Assembly (NCBI GenBank): GCA_938021205.1
Contig: CALIGI010000054.1
Location: forward strand, 2,149-66,148
Reading direction: 5' to 3'
Length of the DNA stretch: 64,000 nucleotides
DNA from: an uncultured Pseudanabaenaceae cyanobacterium
Lineage (GTDB): Bacteria > Cyanobacteriota > Cyanobacteriia > PCC-9006 > JAAUQQ01
Shown here piece by piece: positions 10,453 to 21,328 of the stretch; position 1 is the first letter of the stretch, and every line of letters starts with the position of its first letter. The notes beneath the pieces were generated by a model that saw only the letters and a program-made list of their open reading frames with translations, made no database searches and was not told where the DNA came from. A program made the translations under genes and the position numbers.

Positions 10453-11163
10453 ATGTCTCTTACCCCCTTTCAAACTGTGAATTCTTCTCAGGCTATCCTT
10501 CGTGAGAAGGATGAAATATCTCGCATCAATCCATCTTCTTCTCTCTCTTTAGAGGCTCATTCTTCTGTCTATAGTCGGCTCAAAAGAGCCTTGGATATCA
10601 TTGGGGCCTGTTTGGGGTTAGGCTTTTTTATTCTGATCTTTCCAATCCTTGCAACTGTTATATTAATGGATAGCAAAGGGCCGATTTTCTATAGCCAGAA
10701 GCGCTGCGGTCTGAAGGGAAAACCCTTCAGGATCTGGAAGTTACGAAGCATGGTTGTTAATGCTGAACAGTTAAAAGGCCAAATTCAAAATGAAGCGACG
10801 GGACTCATTTTTAAAAATAAAAATGATCCACGTATTACCCGTGTGGGTGCTTTGCTTCGCAAAACAAGTCTAGATGAGTTTCCTCAGTTCTGGAATGTTT
10901 TGAAGGGGGAAATGAGCCTCGTGGGAACAAGGCCACCCACCTTAGATGAAACGGCTCAGTATAGTCCTCACCATTGGCTACGTCTTCAAGTGAAGCCGGG
11001 CATTACTGGGGAATGGCAGGCTAAGGGTCGCTCCCAGGTGGATGACTTTGAAGCGATCGTTGCGATGGACTTGAACTACCAGTCGAGGTGGAGTGTGGCC
11101 TACGACCTCAAATTAATTTGGGCCACAGTGGGAGCTGTTATTCAACGACGTGGAGCTTGCTAG
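10453..11163 (+). CDS. Bacterial sugar transferase (priming glycosyltransferase family)
   Basis: KRALDI, DPRITRVG, LRKTSLDEFPQFWNVLKGEMSLVGTRP, KPGITG. Confidence 0.95.
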   Translation: MSLTPFQTVNSSQAILREKDEISRINPSSSLSLEAHSSVYSRLKRALDIIGACLGLGFFILIFPILATVILMDSKGPIFYSQKRCGLKGKPFRIWKLRSMVVNAEQLKGQIQNEATGLIFKNKNDPRITRVGALLRKTSLDEFPQFWNVLKGEMSLVGTRPPTLDETAQYSPHHWLRLQVKPGITGEWQAKGRSQVDDFEAIVAMDLNYQSRWSVAYDLKLIWATVGAVIQRRGAC

Positions 11164-11284
11164 GTCGTGAGTTGGGCCTTCTCTTGCTCGAGGGTTGGAG
11201 CCTGGTCGTTAGTCTCTTTCCATTGAGTGATTGGGATGGTGATTCGCCCAGGCGCTGGATGGGAGTATTTTGATGATGCGTTAG

Positions 11285-11312
11285 GCTGTCCGGCTCTTAA
11301 GAGCCGGACAGC
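11285..11312 (+). terminator. Palindromic hairpin downstream of the sugar transferase gene
   Basis: GCTGTCCGGCTCTTAAGAGCCGGACAGC perfect palindrome followed by TTTG. Confidence 0.6.
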
Positions 11313-11398
11313 TTTGATCTTGTGAAATTTTTTATGAGTGATTTGCCATACAAAGGCTGCTTTTGGGGCATATTAGCTGTGAAACTTGAGGCGAGTCT

Positions 11399-11863
11399 AT
11401 GACGATTGATGCCATTCACCAGGCCTATCAGCAGCAGCTCCAGCAGTTTTATGGCGACCAGTCCTTGGCCGATGAGGCTGAACGATTTTTGCTAACCGGG
11501 AGTGGTGGTCCCTTCTCTGACTATGCTATGCAGTCCTTAGGGGAGGCTGAGAACCGCGAAGGAATGCCGGAGACTATGCTGGAGGCCTACGACTATTATC
11601 GTGAGCATATCGTGGCGAAAGATTTAGGCTCGGTCTATGGCGTGACGTTGCTGGTCGGAGATAAAATTACTTTTGGTATCGTGGTAACCACCGACGGGGA
11701 TGATGGCTGGCTAGAAGTTTTTGATATTGAGGGGCAGCCGCTAGGCACTGCCCGGACCTGCATGGATAAGGTTCTGTGGGGGGATTGCCAGGAGATGCGA
11801 GCCTTGGTTTCTACGAGTGCTTTGCCTCCAGGGTTAGAAGCACAATTGCGGACTTCGGCATAA
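11399..11863 (+). CDS. Hypothetical protein
   Basis: 154-aa unshadowed ORF, globular composition, TDGDDGWLEVFD motif. Confidence 0.75.
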   Translation: MTIDAIHQAYQQQLQQFYGDQSLADEAERFLLTGSGGPFSDYAMQSLGEAENREGMPETMLEAYDYYREHIVAKDLGSVYGVTLLVGDKITFGIVVTTDGDDGWLEVFDIEGQPLGTARTCMDKVLWGDCQEMRALVSTSALPPGLEAQLRTSA

Positions 11864-11988
11864 AAATTTCATTAGGTCTGATGTCGCCGCCGTGACATTA
11901 GGCCATGTCAGCTCTAGCCTGTGAAGCTTCACGGTCCAATTTTCATTCTTGTCCCTAGGAACCCGCTCAGGTCCCATCAACTTGCGAC

Positions 11989-14121
11989 CTAGAGACCAGC
12001 CCCTAAGATTGCGATCGCCCCTGCCCCTGCCACACACAGCGTCGCCGAGACCAGCTTGCCAAAGCGGTGATAACTCTTCACCAGCCCCTGATCACATTCC
12101 ATTTCATTCAAGTCAACCTTCGCCGCCAGTCCCCGGCGGAACCAGCCTGTCAGTAACACCGGCTGCCCCACATATTTCTCTGATTGACGCCAACCAAAGA
12201 AAAAATTACCCAGGGCTCCAAAGCGAGAAGAATAGTCAAGATAGACCATTCCAGTCTTGTCCTTGAACTGAAAGTCTTCGTTAATCCGTCCGCCAGCTTC
12301 ACCCTTGCCAATCACTTGACCTGTCAGCTTCACCGGCTTGCCGCGCAGAGGACTCGCATAGGCATCGGACATCAGCGTCAAGATATTGGTCTCACTGGGC
12401 TGCTGAATTTTGGGGTACATGACAAAGGCATGGAGCAAAATGCCAATGGCAAGACCGAGCAGTGCACCGCTCAGTGCCACCAACGGATTGCCCAAAGCTG
12501 CTGAAACACCCACTCCAGCCATTAGCCCAACAGCACCGCCAATCAGGGGACTCCCCATCAACGCAATGTCCTGAATAAAACCACCGTAGAGACGTTTTTT
12601 ATCCAGTTGATTTCCAGCCCGCGCCACCCGAACCATATCAAATTCGCTGGTGAGGTCTAGCTGCTCGGCATAACTGGCCAAAGCCTGTACCCGCTTGCCC
12701 GTGAGGGGGTGGGTTGAATTGAGCTCTATCCACTTGGCCCAGGGATTGAAGATGTCCCAAAGAAAAACGCGGCCGACACTATTGCTATCCGCAGCAACTC
12801 GGTAGGCCGTCCCCGCAGCACCCGCATTTTTGGCATCGGCGATACCCAGGGCTCGCATGCCCTGTAGAACTTTACTAGGGGGCTGATTTTGATTTTCGCG
12901 ACGCTTGCCTTCCTCGACAATGCCATAGGCAATCTTCACTAAGGCACGGGAGAGTCCGTTGGGGTTACCGGTGACTTCAGCCGCAAAGTGGTCAGCATAG
13001 TACTCGCGGGTCCGGGACAGATAGAGCTGGAGATATTCCCCTACGGTGTAAAAGACCAGAGCGGCCAGGGAAGCGACTTGCAAACCACTGCGAAGCTTCT
13101 TGGCACCATCACCATTGCCCAGATTACGACCCACCTCTCGGCTATAGCTATAAATCAAATATAGGAGCTGGACGAGGGTTGCAGCGAGAGTCATGACAGC
13201 AAAGTCCCAATGGACGATGTGGCCTAGCTCATGGGCATAGACTGTTGCGACCTCATCGTCATCGAGATAGGTAAATAGGCCTCGGCTAACGACTAAACGG
13301 GCGCTGTTAGGTAGCGAACCGTAGGTAAAGGCTGTGGGGTTTTGGTCGTTGATGATTCCCAGTCGAGGCTGCTTGAGCTTCTTCTCTTTGCAGACTTTGC
13401 GAATAAGTTGGGCGCTTTCTGGGCTGAGGCCCTCAATCTCTTCCAGGGTGGTCCACTGGGTGCCATAAACCAATCGTTGGACCCAGTCCATGATCAGGGG
13501 CGAGATGAAGAATGCTCCAATGCTGAAAATGAGCGTAATCGCTGTAGAAATACCCAGCCCCAGTAGCGGATTGTCACTGCCTTGAATAAAGACAATGACG
13601 CAGATTAAGCCCAGGGCCATGCCAAACAGTCCCAGCAGCGTGATGCCAGAGACCAAGGCTAGGTTGGCCGCAGCACCGCGCAGCAGTAGCGTCACGCCAC
13701 CAGATTGGGCTCGTTCAGCCTTAGGCAATATTTTTTTCTGCATCGCAGCCCGGTTGGAACGAACTGGAACTGCGGCAGCGGCATTAGACGGGGCATTTAA
13801 AAATCCTACGGCGTTACTCCCCCCCGCAGGCTCTCGACCCGGAATTTGCACCGGTAACTGCATCATCATCTCACTGGCCCAAGCCTTGACCTTGGGTTGG
13901 TCCACCTGGCTGAGGTTGAAACAGAGATGGCGAGCATCGGTAGTGCGTCCTTGGGCCTTATAGCTTTGGACTAACCAAATTTGCGCTTGGTAATGCTCAT
14001 TGGATGTCACACCCACATTGGCATTGCAATAGATCTCGAGATGGGCGATCGCAGCATCAAATTGCTGAGCTTTAATAGCAGCTGCACCTGCTCGAAGGGA
14101 ATCAACCGGGGAGGAGATCAT
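11989..14121 (-). CDS. htpX: M48 zinc metalloprotease, extended HtpX-like
   Basis: NDQNPTAFTYG, AHELGH (HExxH), SRTREYYAD, STHP; TM segments; extra N-terminal TPR-like and C-terminal domains. Confidence 0.88.
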   Translation of the reverse strand: MISSPVDSLRAGAAAIKAQQFDAAIAHLEIYCNANVGVTSNEHYQAQIWLVQSYKAQGRTTDARHLCFNLSQVDQPKVKAWASEMMMQLPVQIPGREPAGGSNAVGFLNAPSNAAAAVPVRSNRAAMQKKILPKAERAQSGGVTLLLRGAAANLALVSGITLLGLFGMALGLICVIVFIQGSDNPLLGLGISTAITLIFSIGAFFISPLIMDWVQRLVYGTQWTTLEEIEGLSPESAQLIRKVCKEKKLKQPRLGIINDQNPTAFTYGSLPNSARLVVSRGLFTYLDDDEVATVYAHELGHIVHWDFAVMTLAATLVQLLYLIYSYSREVGRNLGNGDGAKKLRSGLQVASLAALVFYTVGEYLQLYLSRTREYYADHFAAEVTGNPNGLSRALVKIAYGIVEEGKRRENQNQPPSKVLQGMRALGIADAKNAGAAGTAYRVAADSNSVGRVFLWDIFNPWAKWIELNSTHPLTGKRVQALASYAEQLDLTSEFDMVRVARAGNQLDKKRLYGGFIQDIALMGSPLIGGAVGLMAGVGVSAALGNPLVALSGALLGLAIGILLHAFVMYPKIQQPSETNILTLMSDAYASPLRGKPVKLTGQVIGKGEAGGRINEDFQFKDKTGMVYLDYSSRFGALGNFFFGWRQSEKYVGQPVLLTGWFRRGLAAKVDLNEMECDQGLVKSYHRFGKLVSATLCVAGAGAIAILGAGL

Positions 14122-14545
14122 CTGGAAAATCCAGCTACGGCAAATGAGAAGAGTATTTATAAGATGCCCAAATCTTCAGACTTATGGATTCAGTAATCCT
14201 CAGGGCTTTTGGCGATCGCAGCCCTGCATTTTTGGAAAGAACAACTGAAAGTACGTAATCGGGATGGGTGATTAATTTATAGTAGCCAATAAATTTGCTA
14301 TCGATCTATGGCTTGGAGTCCCTGGAGGTCTCTGCTCTGTCTCTGTTCGATCAGATTCTTGCGATAGGCTATTGGCAGGCAAGGCTACTGAAACGCAAGG
14401 CTGTTGGAGTCTAAGGCTGTTGCAAACTATAAGGCTGTTGAAACCATCATGAACTGTTCTAGGGGGCTGGATGCTTGGAGTTACGGGCCACCACTCGGAG
14501 TTACCCAAAGGCATCGGTTTCGTGAGCAGGACTTTAACCCAAGCC

Positions 14546-14833
14546 ATGGTTGGTAGCCTGATGTTGCTGGCGCTTGGACTCGTGAGAAACCCTGGCTTAA
14601 GCTTGCCACCACCGGATGACGTACCGGAGGAAGCGCTACGGGAAGAGGTGATTTTACAGGGGCGATCGCCCATTGATGGCAGCCCACTCTCACCAGTGGA
14701 ATATGCAGAGCTAGAGTTGGAGCTGTCTGAAGCGCCAGACGATTCTGTCGCAGTCCATCCAGAGATACAGTCGCTGATATTTCAGCTCAAACTACTTCGT
14801 CTACTGAAAGATGTTGTGCCATTTTGGCAGTAG
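14546..14833 (+). CDS. Conserved cyanobacterial hypothetical protein
   Basis: PEEALREEVILQGRSPIDGSPLSPVEYAEL motif, hydrophobic N-terminus; start uncertain (ORF open from 14471). Confidence 0.7.
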   Translation: MVGSLMLLALGLVRNPGLSLPPPDDVPEEALREEVILQGRSPIDGSPLSPVEYAELELELSEAPDDSVAVHPEIQSLIFQLKLLRLLKDVVPFWQ

Positions 14834-14890
14834 CTCCCCTGTTCTGGAGCAGGGGCAGTCAGCGGCATGGCATTCCAATCAAACCATTGA

Positions 14891-14935
14891 ACTAAATTGC
14901 CCCTGCCTCATCTCATGAAGTAGGGGCAATTTAGT
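14891..14935. terminator. Bidirectional terminator-like hairpin between convergent genes
   Basis: 14-bp perfect inverted repeat ACTAAATTGCCCCT / AGGGGCAATTTAGT. Confidence 0.7.
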
Positions 14936-14948
14936 CGCCAAAGAGAGA

Positions 14949-15947
14949 TTAAGCAGAGACTTTTGTGATGTTTTCTTCCCACTTGCGAGGCTTGCTAGCA
15001 CGACGAGTCGTCCGCCAAATTTGAGTCGCAGCAAGTGTTCCATCAGCCACTGCAATGGAGACTTGGTTGAGACCTTGCTTTAGATCACCTAGGGCGAAAA
15101 TGCGATCGTGACTCGTCTTACACATGTCATCAGTCATAAGGTTATTGCCGTTGTACTCCAGCTCAATCCCCTTGAGATACTCATTGTGGTAATGAGAGCC
15201 CATACCGACGAGGCCCGTTGTGGCTTCCACCATGGTGCCGTCAGCCAGCTCAAGCCCACTCATTTTGTGGTCTTCACCATGGAATTTAGCAATAGGTTGC
15301 TCGTACAAAGGATAACCATGCTCAGCCAGCTTCTGTTTCATGCCAGCACTAACTTCAAACAAACCGTGACTGAACACAGAGATATAAGGTGTGAACCAAT
15401 TGAGCACAAAAGCAGCATTCATCTGCCCCTCCGTATTCACAATTAGCGCTGCCTTCTGGTCCCACATATCGAAGCCATCACAGATCATGCAGACATGGAG
15501 CGTATAGCCTGCATAGTCATAGACATTTTGCATATTATCGAGCTTCGGCAAGTTGTCCATGATGCCCGAAGCTGCGACAACATACTTGGTACGCAAGGTG
15601 TGTCCCACCTCATCTTTCTTACCAATCTTGACCTTAACGGCAAAGGTCTCACCTTCGTCGGTCACTTCTTCCACAAAGCCCCGTAGGAAGTCTGCCCCCC
15701 AGCCCAAGGCCTGTTCGGTGCCATGCTTGATGATGTCGCGCCCAGGGGCGGTGGGGTCTTGCCCCAAAAAGTTACGTGTATCCTGCATCCAGAACGATCG
15801 CCCCCGCCCCTTCTCCACCACCAGACACTTGAGTCCATAGCGTGCTAGATATATCGCAGCCGACAATCCGCCCATGCCTCCGCCTACAACGATGGCGTCG
15901 TAGACCGTATCCAAGCGAGTTTCAATATTTTTACTGGAGAGTTTCAT
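14949..15947 (-). CDS. Thioredoxin-reductase-like FAD disulfide oxidoreductase, DDOR-type
   Basis: GGGMGG FAD motif, CMIC active site, IFALGD; canonical GxGxxA NADPH motif absent (ALIVNTEGQMNAA). Confidence 0.85.
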   Translation of the reverse strand: MKLSSKNIETRLDTVYDAIVVGGGMGGLSAAIYLARYGLKCLVVEKGRGRSFWMQDTRNFLGQDPTAPGRDIIKHGTEQALGWGADFLRGFVEEVTDEGETFAVKVKIGKKDEVGHTLRTKYVVAASGIMDNLPKLDNMQNVYDYAGYTLHVCMICDGFDMWDQKAALIVNTEGQMNAAFVLNWFTPYISVFSHGLFEVSAGMKQKLAEHGYPLYEQPIAKFHGEDHKMSGLELADGTMVEATTGLVGMGSHYHNEYLKGIELEYNGNNLMTDDMCKTSHDRIFALGDLKQGLNQVSIAVADGTLAATQIWRTTRRASKPRKWEENITKVSA

Positions 15948-16177
15948 AGCGGACCTCCTAACAAGTCGCAGGGAGTGGTGAGAAGAGGGAGTGATTTAGA
16001 ATTGGGAGCCGTTGCCAATCCGATAGATGCCAAGACAACAGAGGCCAATCTCTTCGGACCTTGCATAGGAATGAAAGCGAAACAGCTCCCCTGACTGGTT
16101 CTAAGCTAGAAAGGAGAGCTGAGGAAGGGCTTAGACCCACTTCATCGTGAGATTAAAGCTGGCTGAGTACCAAGGAT

Positions 16178-16747
16178 TTAGCCTACGAATTCACGAGGAG
16201 TCGCGATACCAGCAGACTGGGTACCTTTGAGGTGAGCCAGCATGGTGTCAGCATCAGAAACCTCGAAGGGATCGGTGGGGCAGTTATCAGCGAAGTCAGG
16301 CTCGGTGAAGATCTTCTCAATCGCGCCATCGTTTACCAACATGGAGTAGCGCCAGGAGCGAGCACCGAAGCCCAGGTTATCCTTCGCGACGAGCATGCCC
16401 ATCTTGCGGGTGAACTCACCGTTACCATCGGGTAGCAGGAAGACGTTCTTGGCCCCGACTTGCTTGCCCCACTGGAACATAACGAAGGCGTCGTTCACAG
16501 AAACGCAAACGATTGCATCAATACCTTGAGCCTTGAACTCGTCGTAGAGCTCTTCGTAGCGGGGCAGGTGGTTGGAGGAGCAGGTGGGGGTGAACGCACC
16601 AGGCAAGGAGAATACAACGACTTTCTTGCCGCCGAAGATTTCTTGAGTCGTTAGATCTTTCCAATCAAAGGGGTTGGAACCAGCAATGGACTCATCGCGG
16701 ACGCGGGTTTTGAAAGTAACGTTAGGAACGCGTTCGATAACTGCCAT
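16178..16747 (-). CDS. Type II (Prx5-like) peroxiredoxin
   Basis: [39 protein letters not shown]. Confidence 0.95.
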   Translation of the reverse strand: MAVIERVPNVTFKTRVRDESIAGSNPFDWKDLTTQEIFGGKKVVVFSLPGAFTPTCSSNHLPRYEELYDEFKAQGIDAIVCVSVNDAFVMFQWGKQVGAKNVFLLPDGNGEFTRKMGMLVAKDNLGFGARSWRYSMLVNDGAIEKIFTEPDFADNCPTDPFEVSDADTMLAHLKGTQSAGIATPREFVG

Positions 16748-16830
16748 GGAATTAATACCTCACGAAAATAAAATATTCAAGCCGCTGCCCGAGTGCAAAC
16801 ACTGCGAAACGACAACTGCGCTTTTGCAAT

Positions 16831-16856
16831 CTGGAATTATTCTAACTTAGGAATTG
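16831..16856. promoter_or_regulatory. Candidate PerR/Fur operator in the prx-perR divergent promoter
   Basis: CTGGAATTATTCTAA; reverse complement TTAGAATAATTCCAG matches 11/15 of the Per box TTATAATNATTATAA; overlapping imperfect IR ATTCTAA-C-TTAGGAAT. Confidence 0.45.
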
Positions 16857-17122
16857 ATGACTTAACAATCTTTTTTGCTTCTGAGATTTATCCCTGGTTG
16901 AGGCTCTTTCCAGAAAGGAATGCTATTCTTGATTCAGATGTCAAGTTCCGTAAAGGCTGAACTTGAAAAATAATTAAAGCTTTCGTGCAAACGCGATCGC
17001 TGTGTAATTCCGTGGGATTTAGCTGGGAACATTGAGTTCAGGGCTCCGCCTACAGAAAAAGCGCATCCTTTTAATCGGGGGTGAGGGTCCGTTAACAGGG
17101 TTGCCATTGGAGGCAGATCAAA

Positions 17123-17539
17123 ATGCAACAGCCCGTTGATCAAATTGTGAATACGCTGCGTGAAAAGGGACTCCGAGTGACCCCCCAGCGTTTTGCCGTG
17201 TACTTCAACCTGCTCGGTCGCGCTGATCACCCCACTGCAGAGCAAATTTTGGGTGACCTGAACCAAGATGCACCGACTTCATCCCAAGCCACGGTGTACA
17301 GCTCCCTGCAAGCTTTGCGTGATGTGGGCCTAGTGCGCGAGGTGCTCCTAGAAGAGGGCATTTGTCGCTATGACGCCAATGTTGACCCCCACCACCATTT
17401 CCGCTGTCAGTCCTGTGGTGCAATTGAGGATATTGCTTGGGAGCAGTTCCAGAATCTTTCCCTCAGTCAGTTAAGGCCCGGCTTGAAGGTTGAGGACTAT
17501 GAGGTCACGGTGCGGGGGCATTGCGATTCCTGCGTCTAG
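17123..17539 (+). CDS. perR: Fur-family peroxide regulator
   Basis: LRVTPQR, HPTAEQI, ATVY, PHHHFRCQSC, GHCDSC; divergent from a peroxiredoxin. Confidence 0.85.
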   Translation: MQQPVDQIVNTLREKGLRVTPQRFAVYFNLLGRADHPTAEQILGDLNQDAPTSSQATVYSSLQALRDVGLVREVLLEEGICRYDANVDPHHHFRCQSCGAIEDIAWEQFQNLSLSQLRPGLKVEDYEVTVRGHCDSCV

Positions 17540-17587
17540 GAATGCTGACCCGAGTCCAGTTTGTCTAAATTAGAGATATGACTAGCC

Positions 17588-18523
17588 CTAATATGGTAAG
17601 CTCTGTCGAGGGGCAAAGCTTTCAACCCGGTAGAGCTGCTCGTAAAGCGATCGCTCTTCATCCGCCAATTGCTCAGGCAGCACTACTTCAATCTCGACAA
17701 TTTGGTCTCCCCGCTGCCCCAGTTCATCGGGGTAGCCCTTGCCTGCCAAGCGCAGCCGCTGACCGTACTGAACCGCCAACGGGAGATTCATCTTGACGCG
17801 ACCATCTAGCGTCGGCACTTCAATCGTAGCGCCCAGGGCAGCTTCCGCTGGAGTGACTGGTAAGCGACAGTAGATATCACCGCCATCCAATCTAAAGAAG
17901 CGATGGGGCGGCACCTCAATCTTGAGGTAAAGGTCTCCCCCATCAATGCCTTGACTACGTAACCGGATTTGCTGCCCTGTCACGAGTCCCCCAGGCATCT
18001 CAATCTCGATTGCTCGGCCATCCTCTAGACGAATGCGCTCTAGGCCACCGCTATAAGCTTTTTCGAGAGGTACGGCCAAGTTCGCTTCAATGTTGCGAGG
18101 CGCTCGTGGTGGGGCTGCAGTGGTTCCATAATCGCCACTCCATTCTGCTGAGGATAGATCTGGCTCCGGTCCAGCCGACGGAGGGCTTTTACCCAGTAAG
18201 TCATCTACGAAAGTGTCGAAGTCAGGGAACTGACTAAAGTCCATGCTGGGCGTACTGGGCCAGCGACGACGGAGGTCAGCTCCAAAAGCACTATCCTGGT
18301 TCCAATACTGGCCAAACTGATCATACTTAGAGCGCTTCTCCAGGTCAGATAGAACCTCGTAGGCTTCGCCAATCTGCTTAAATTTCTCTTCAGCCGCTTT
18401 GTTACCAGGATTCACGTCAGGGTGATATTTGCGAGCCAACTTACGGAAGGCCTGCTTAATCTCATCCTGGGTGGCATCTCCCCCCACATTCAGCAGTTGG
18501 TAATAGTCGCGAAAGTCAGCCAT
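17588..18523 (-). CDS. dnaJ: DnaJ-class co-chaperone (J domain + DnaJ C-terminal, no Zn finger)
   Basis: DYYQLL, KYHPDVN (HPD), GDLYL, GKGYP; directly downstream of dnaK. Confidence 0.93.
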   Translation of the reverse strand: MADFRDYYQLLNVGGDATQDEIKQAFRKLARKYHPDVNPGNKAAEEKFKQIGEAYEVLSDLEKRSKYDQFGQYWNQDSAFGADLRRRWPSTPSMDFSQFPDFDTFVDDLLGKSPPSAGPEPDLSSAEWSGDYGTTAAPPRAPRNIEANLAVPLEKAYSGGLERIRLEDGRAIEIEMPGGLVTGQQIRLRSQGIDGGDLYLKIEVPPHRFFRLDGGDIYCRLPVTPAEAALGATIEVPTLDGRVKMNLPLAVQYGQRLRLAGKGYPDELGQRGDQIVEIEVVLPEQLADEERSLYEQLYRVESFAPRQSLPY

Positions 18524-18632
18524 GGGAAAAGGACAGGCCCAAATTCATTGGGCTGAGCAAGAGATCAGAAGAGAAAACAGACCAGCGATAAGAGGTCAGC
18601 CGGTGTAAAACCGGGTTAGATCGCCTAGCCCA

Positions 18633-20918
18633 CTAAATCCAATCGTTATCTTCACCCCAGTTCTCATTGGCATAGGGGTTGTCATAGCGAGGGCTCGTGC
18701 GATTATCACTGCCACGGTCTTGGCCATTTCCACGGGGGGCATTCGCATCTCGCGGATCATAGCGACGGGCATTATCCTGGCCATAGCGTCCCTGATCATA
18801 TCGGTCTTGCCCAGGCCCGCCTGGGGTCGCATTGCCATATTGACCTGGGCTGCCACTACTATTTTGAGGCTGGTTATAGCCTCTCTGTTGGCCGTAACCA
18901 TCTGGGTTATAGCCACCCTGTCCATAACTGTCCTGGTAGCCACCTTGGTTATAACCCCCTGGACTGTAACTGCCTTGGTTATAGCCGCCTTGGTTATAGC
19001 TACCTGTCCCGTAGTCGTAGTCGTCTTCTCCTGTGAGCGTGTCCTTCACGTCCTTGAAAGTATCTCGGATGGTTTTAAAGACATCATCTTCATCCTCCGT
19101 AGATAGGCGGGCTTTGATTTCTTGCTCTAGGCCATAGATTGCTTCTTGGAGATCAGCCTGGGCCAGGTCAATGCCGCGATCGTCATCCGACGCTACATAA
19201 TCCTTAAGCTCGCGAATGTAAGCCTCTACTCGCTTCCGCTGAGGGTCAGCGAAATACATACCAAAGTCGATCGCTACCTCGCGCAGTTTGCGCTCCGACT
19301 TGCTAATTAGGCTCTCGGCATTATTGCGCTTCTCAACGCGGGCCTTCTTCTCACGATCCACACTGGCATAATCTTCTGCCTCCTGAACCATACGATTAAT
19401 TTCGGTCTCACTCAGGGTCGAAGCCCCCTGAATCGTAACCGTTTGCTCACGTCCAGTGGTTCGATCCAGGGCACTCACCTGGAGAATTCCGTTGGAATCA
19501 ATATCAAAGGAAACTTGAACCTGGGGGACCCCCCTGGGGGCAGGCGGAATGCCCATGAGCTTAAATCGACCCAGAGACTTATTCCCCGCTGACATTTCCC
19601 GTTCTCCTTGGAGAACATGGATTTCTACCAGTGTCTGGTTCGCTTCCGAAGTCGAGAAAATATCGGACTTGCGCACAGGCACCGATGTATTGCGCGGAAT
19701 CAGGGGCTTCATCACCCCACCAATGGTCTCCAATCCTAGGGATAAAGGGGTTACGTCTAAGAGCAATACGTCCCGCACATCACCGGCAATAATACCGGCT
19801 TGGATCGCTGCACCTACTGCAACCACCTCATCAGGATTGACGTTTTGATTCGGCTCCAGATTAATGAATGATCGCACTAGATCTTGGACCATGGGCATCC
19901 GCGTGGAGCCCCCTACTAGTACGACTTCCTGAATTTGTTGAGGCCGCAACCCTGCATCCTGAATCGCACGGCGCACCGGAATCCGCAGCCGCTCCAGTAG
20001 CTCCCCTGCCATCATTTCAAACTCTCCCCGCGTCAGGCGAGCTTCCAAATGCTTTGGTCCATCCTCCGTCGCCGTGATGAAGGGCAGATTGATATCCGTC
20101 GCGCCCAGGCCAGATAGCTCAATCTTGGCTTTCTCAGCCGCTTCGTTCAGCCGTTGCAGAGACTGTCGCTCTCGGCGCAGATCGATGCCCTCCTTCTCCA
20201 GGAATTGCTCTGCTAGCCAATTGACGATCATGCGATCAAAATCATTGCCGCCTAACTGGGTGTCGCCACTGGTAGATAACACCTCAAAGACGCCATCGCC
20301 CACGTTGAGAATGGAGACGTCGAAGGTGCCACCCCCTAGGTCAAAGACCAGAATCGTCTGGCGTTGGTTGCGTTCCAAGCCATAGGCCAAAGAGGCTGCA
20401 GTAGGCTCGTTGAGAATACGCTTCACATCCAAGCCTGCAATGCGGCCCGCATCCCGAGTTGCTTGGCGCTGGGAGTCGTTGAAATAAGCAGGCACTGTAA
20501 TCACAGCACCAGTGACCGTTTGGCCTAAATATCGACCCGCCTCATCCGCCAGCTTGCGAATGATCATCGCCGCAATTTCTTCCGGTGCAAACTCTCGCTC
20601 CAGGCGAGGTGCCACGAGGCGGATATTATTCTCTTCGGTGCGGCGAACTTTGTAGGGAACTCGCTTATCCTCGGCGCTTAGCTCCACATAGGGACGACCG
20701 ATGAAGCGCTTGATATTGAAAAACGTATTTTTGGGATCGAGTACCGCTTGGCGACGGGCCATTTGCCCCACGAAGCGATCGCCCACCTTACTAAAGGCAA
20801 CAACGGAAGGCGTAGTTCTAGCCCCTTCAGCATTGGCAATTACCACAGGCTTGCCAGCTTCCATCACGGCAACGACGGAATTCGTGGTTCCTAGGTCAAT
20901 GCCAACTACTCTACCCAT
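18633..20918 (-). CDS. dnaK: Hsp70 chaperone, DnaK3-type with long low-complexity C-terminus
   Basis: [31 protein letters not shown]; dnaK3-dnaJ arrangement; acidic/Trp C-terminus. Confidence 0.96.
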   Translation of the reverse strand: MGRVVGIDLGTTNSVVAVMEAGKPVVIANAEGARTTPSVVAFSKVGDRFVGQMARRQAVLDPKNTFFNIKRFIGRPYVELSAEDKRVPYKVRRTEENNIRLVAPRLEREFAPEEIAAMIIRKLADEAGRYLGQTVTGAVITVPAYFNDSQRQATRDAGRIAGLDVKRILNEPTAASLAYGLERNQRQTILVFDLGGGTFDVSILNVGDGVFEVLSTSGDTQLGGNDFDRMIVNWLAEQFLEKEGIDLRRERQSLQRLNEAAEKAKIELSGLGATDINLPFITATEDGPKHLEARLTRGEFEMMAGELLERLRIPVRRAIQDAGLRPQQIQEVVLVGGSTRMPMVQDLVRSFINLEPNQNVNPDEVVAVGAAIQAGIIAGDVRDVLLLDVTPLSLGLETIGGVMKPLIPRNTSVPVRKSDIFSTSEANQTLVEIHVLQGEREMSAGNKSLGRFKLMGIPPAPRGVPQVQVSFDIDSNGILQVSALDRTTGREQTVTIQGASTLSETEINRMVQEAEDYASVDREKKARVEKRNNAESLISKSERKLREVAIDFGMYFADPQRKRVEAYIRELKDYVASDDDRGIDLAQADLQEAIYGLEQEIKARLSTEDEDDVFKTIRDTFKDVKDTLTGEDDYDYGTGSYNQGGYNQGSYSPGGYNQGGYQDSYGQGGYNPDGYGQQRGYNQPQNSSGSPGQYGNATPGGPGQDRYDQGRYGQDNARRYDPRDANAPRGNGQDRGSDNRTSPRYDNPYANENWGEDNDWI

Positions 20919-21153
20919 GCGTTACTGTTGCTCCTCACCTATCCGTTTAGGTCAACCAGCCAAACTGGTTAACAGTCAGCCTTAGTTAAGCGTCTTTTCT
21001 ATCACTGTGCAGCATCGGCCCGCACAGCCAACCGAAAGAAGCCCCACTACAAACACAGCGAACTAAAAATCAGCTAATCCGTCGATGCTGCTGACTATTC
21101 TATCCGTTTAGCCGATAGATTAACGGACTAGAACAACAGTATAAAATTTTCAA

Positions 21154-21240
21154 CGGAGAAGGAGGGATTCGAACCCTCGTTAGAGTTGCCCCTAAACAGC
21201 ATTTCCAGTGCTGCGCCTTAAACCGCTCGGCCACTTCTCC
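21154..21240 (-). tRNA. tRNA-Ser (GGA)
   Basis: Reverse complement GGAGAAGTGGCCGAGCGGTTTAAGGCGCAGCACTGGAAATGCTG...GGTTCGAATCCCTCCTTCTCCG; long variable arm. Confidence 0.96.
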
Positions 21241-21328
21241 AAATTGTCTACGGTGGGCTTTCGCTCACCGGCACCCTATCCTAGCGGACGAGCGGAGCAT
21301 TGGGCAAGAAACTATCCAAATTTTCCCG

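Noticed and set aside
20919-21150. CIRCE element upstream of dnaK
   Set aside because: No TTAGCACTC-N9-GAGTGCTAA match
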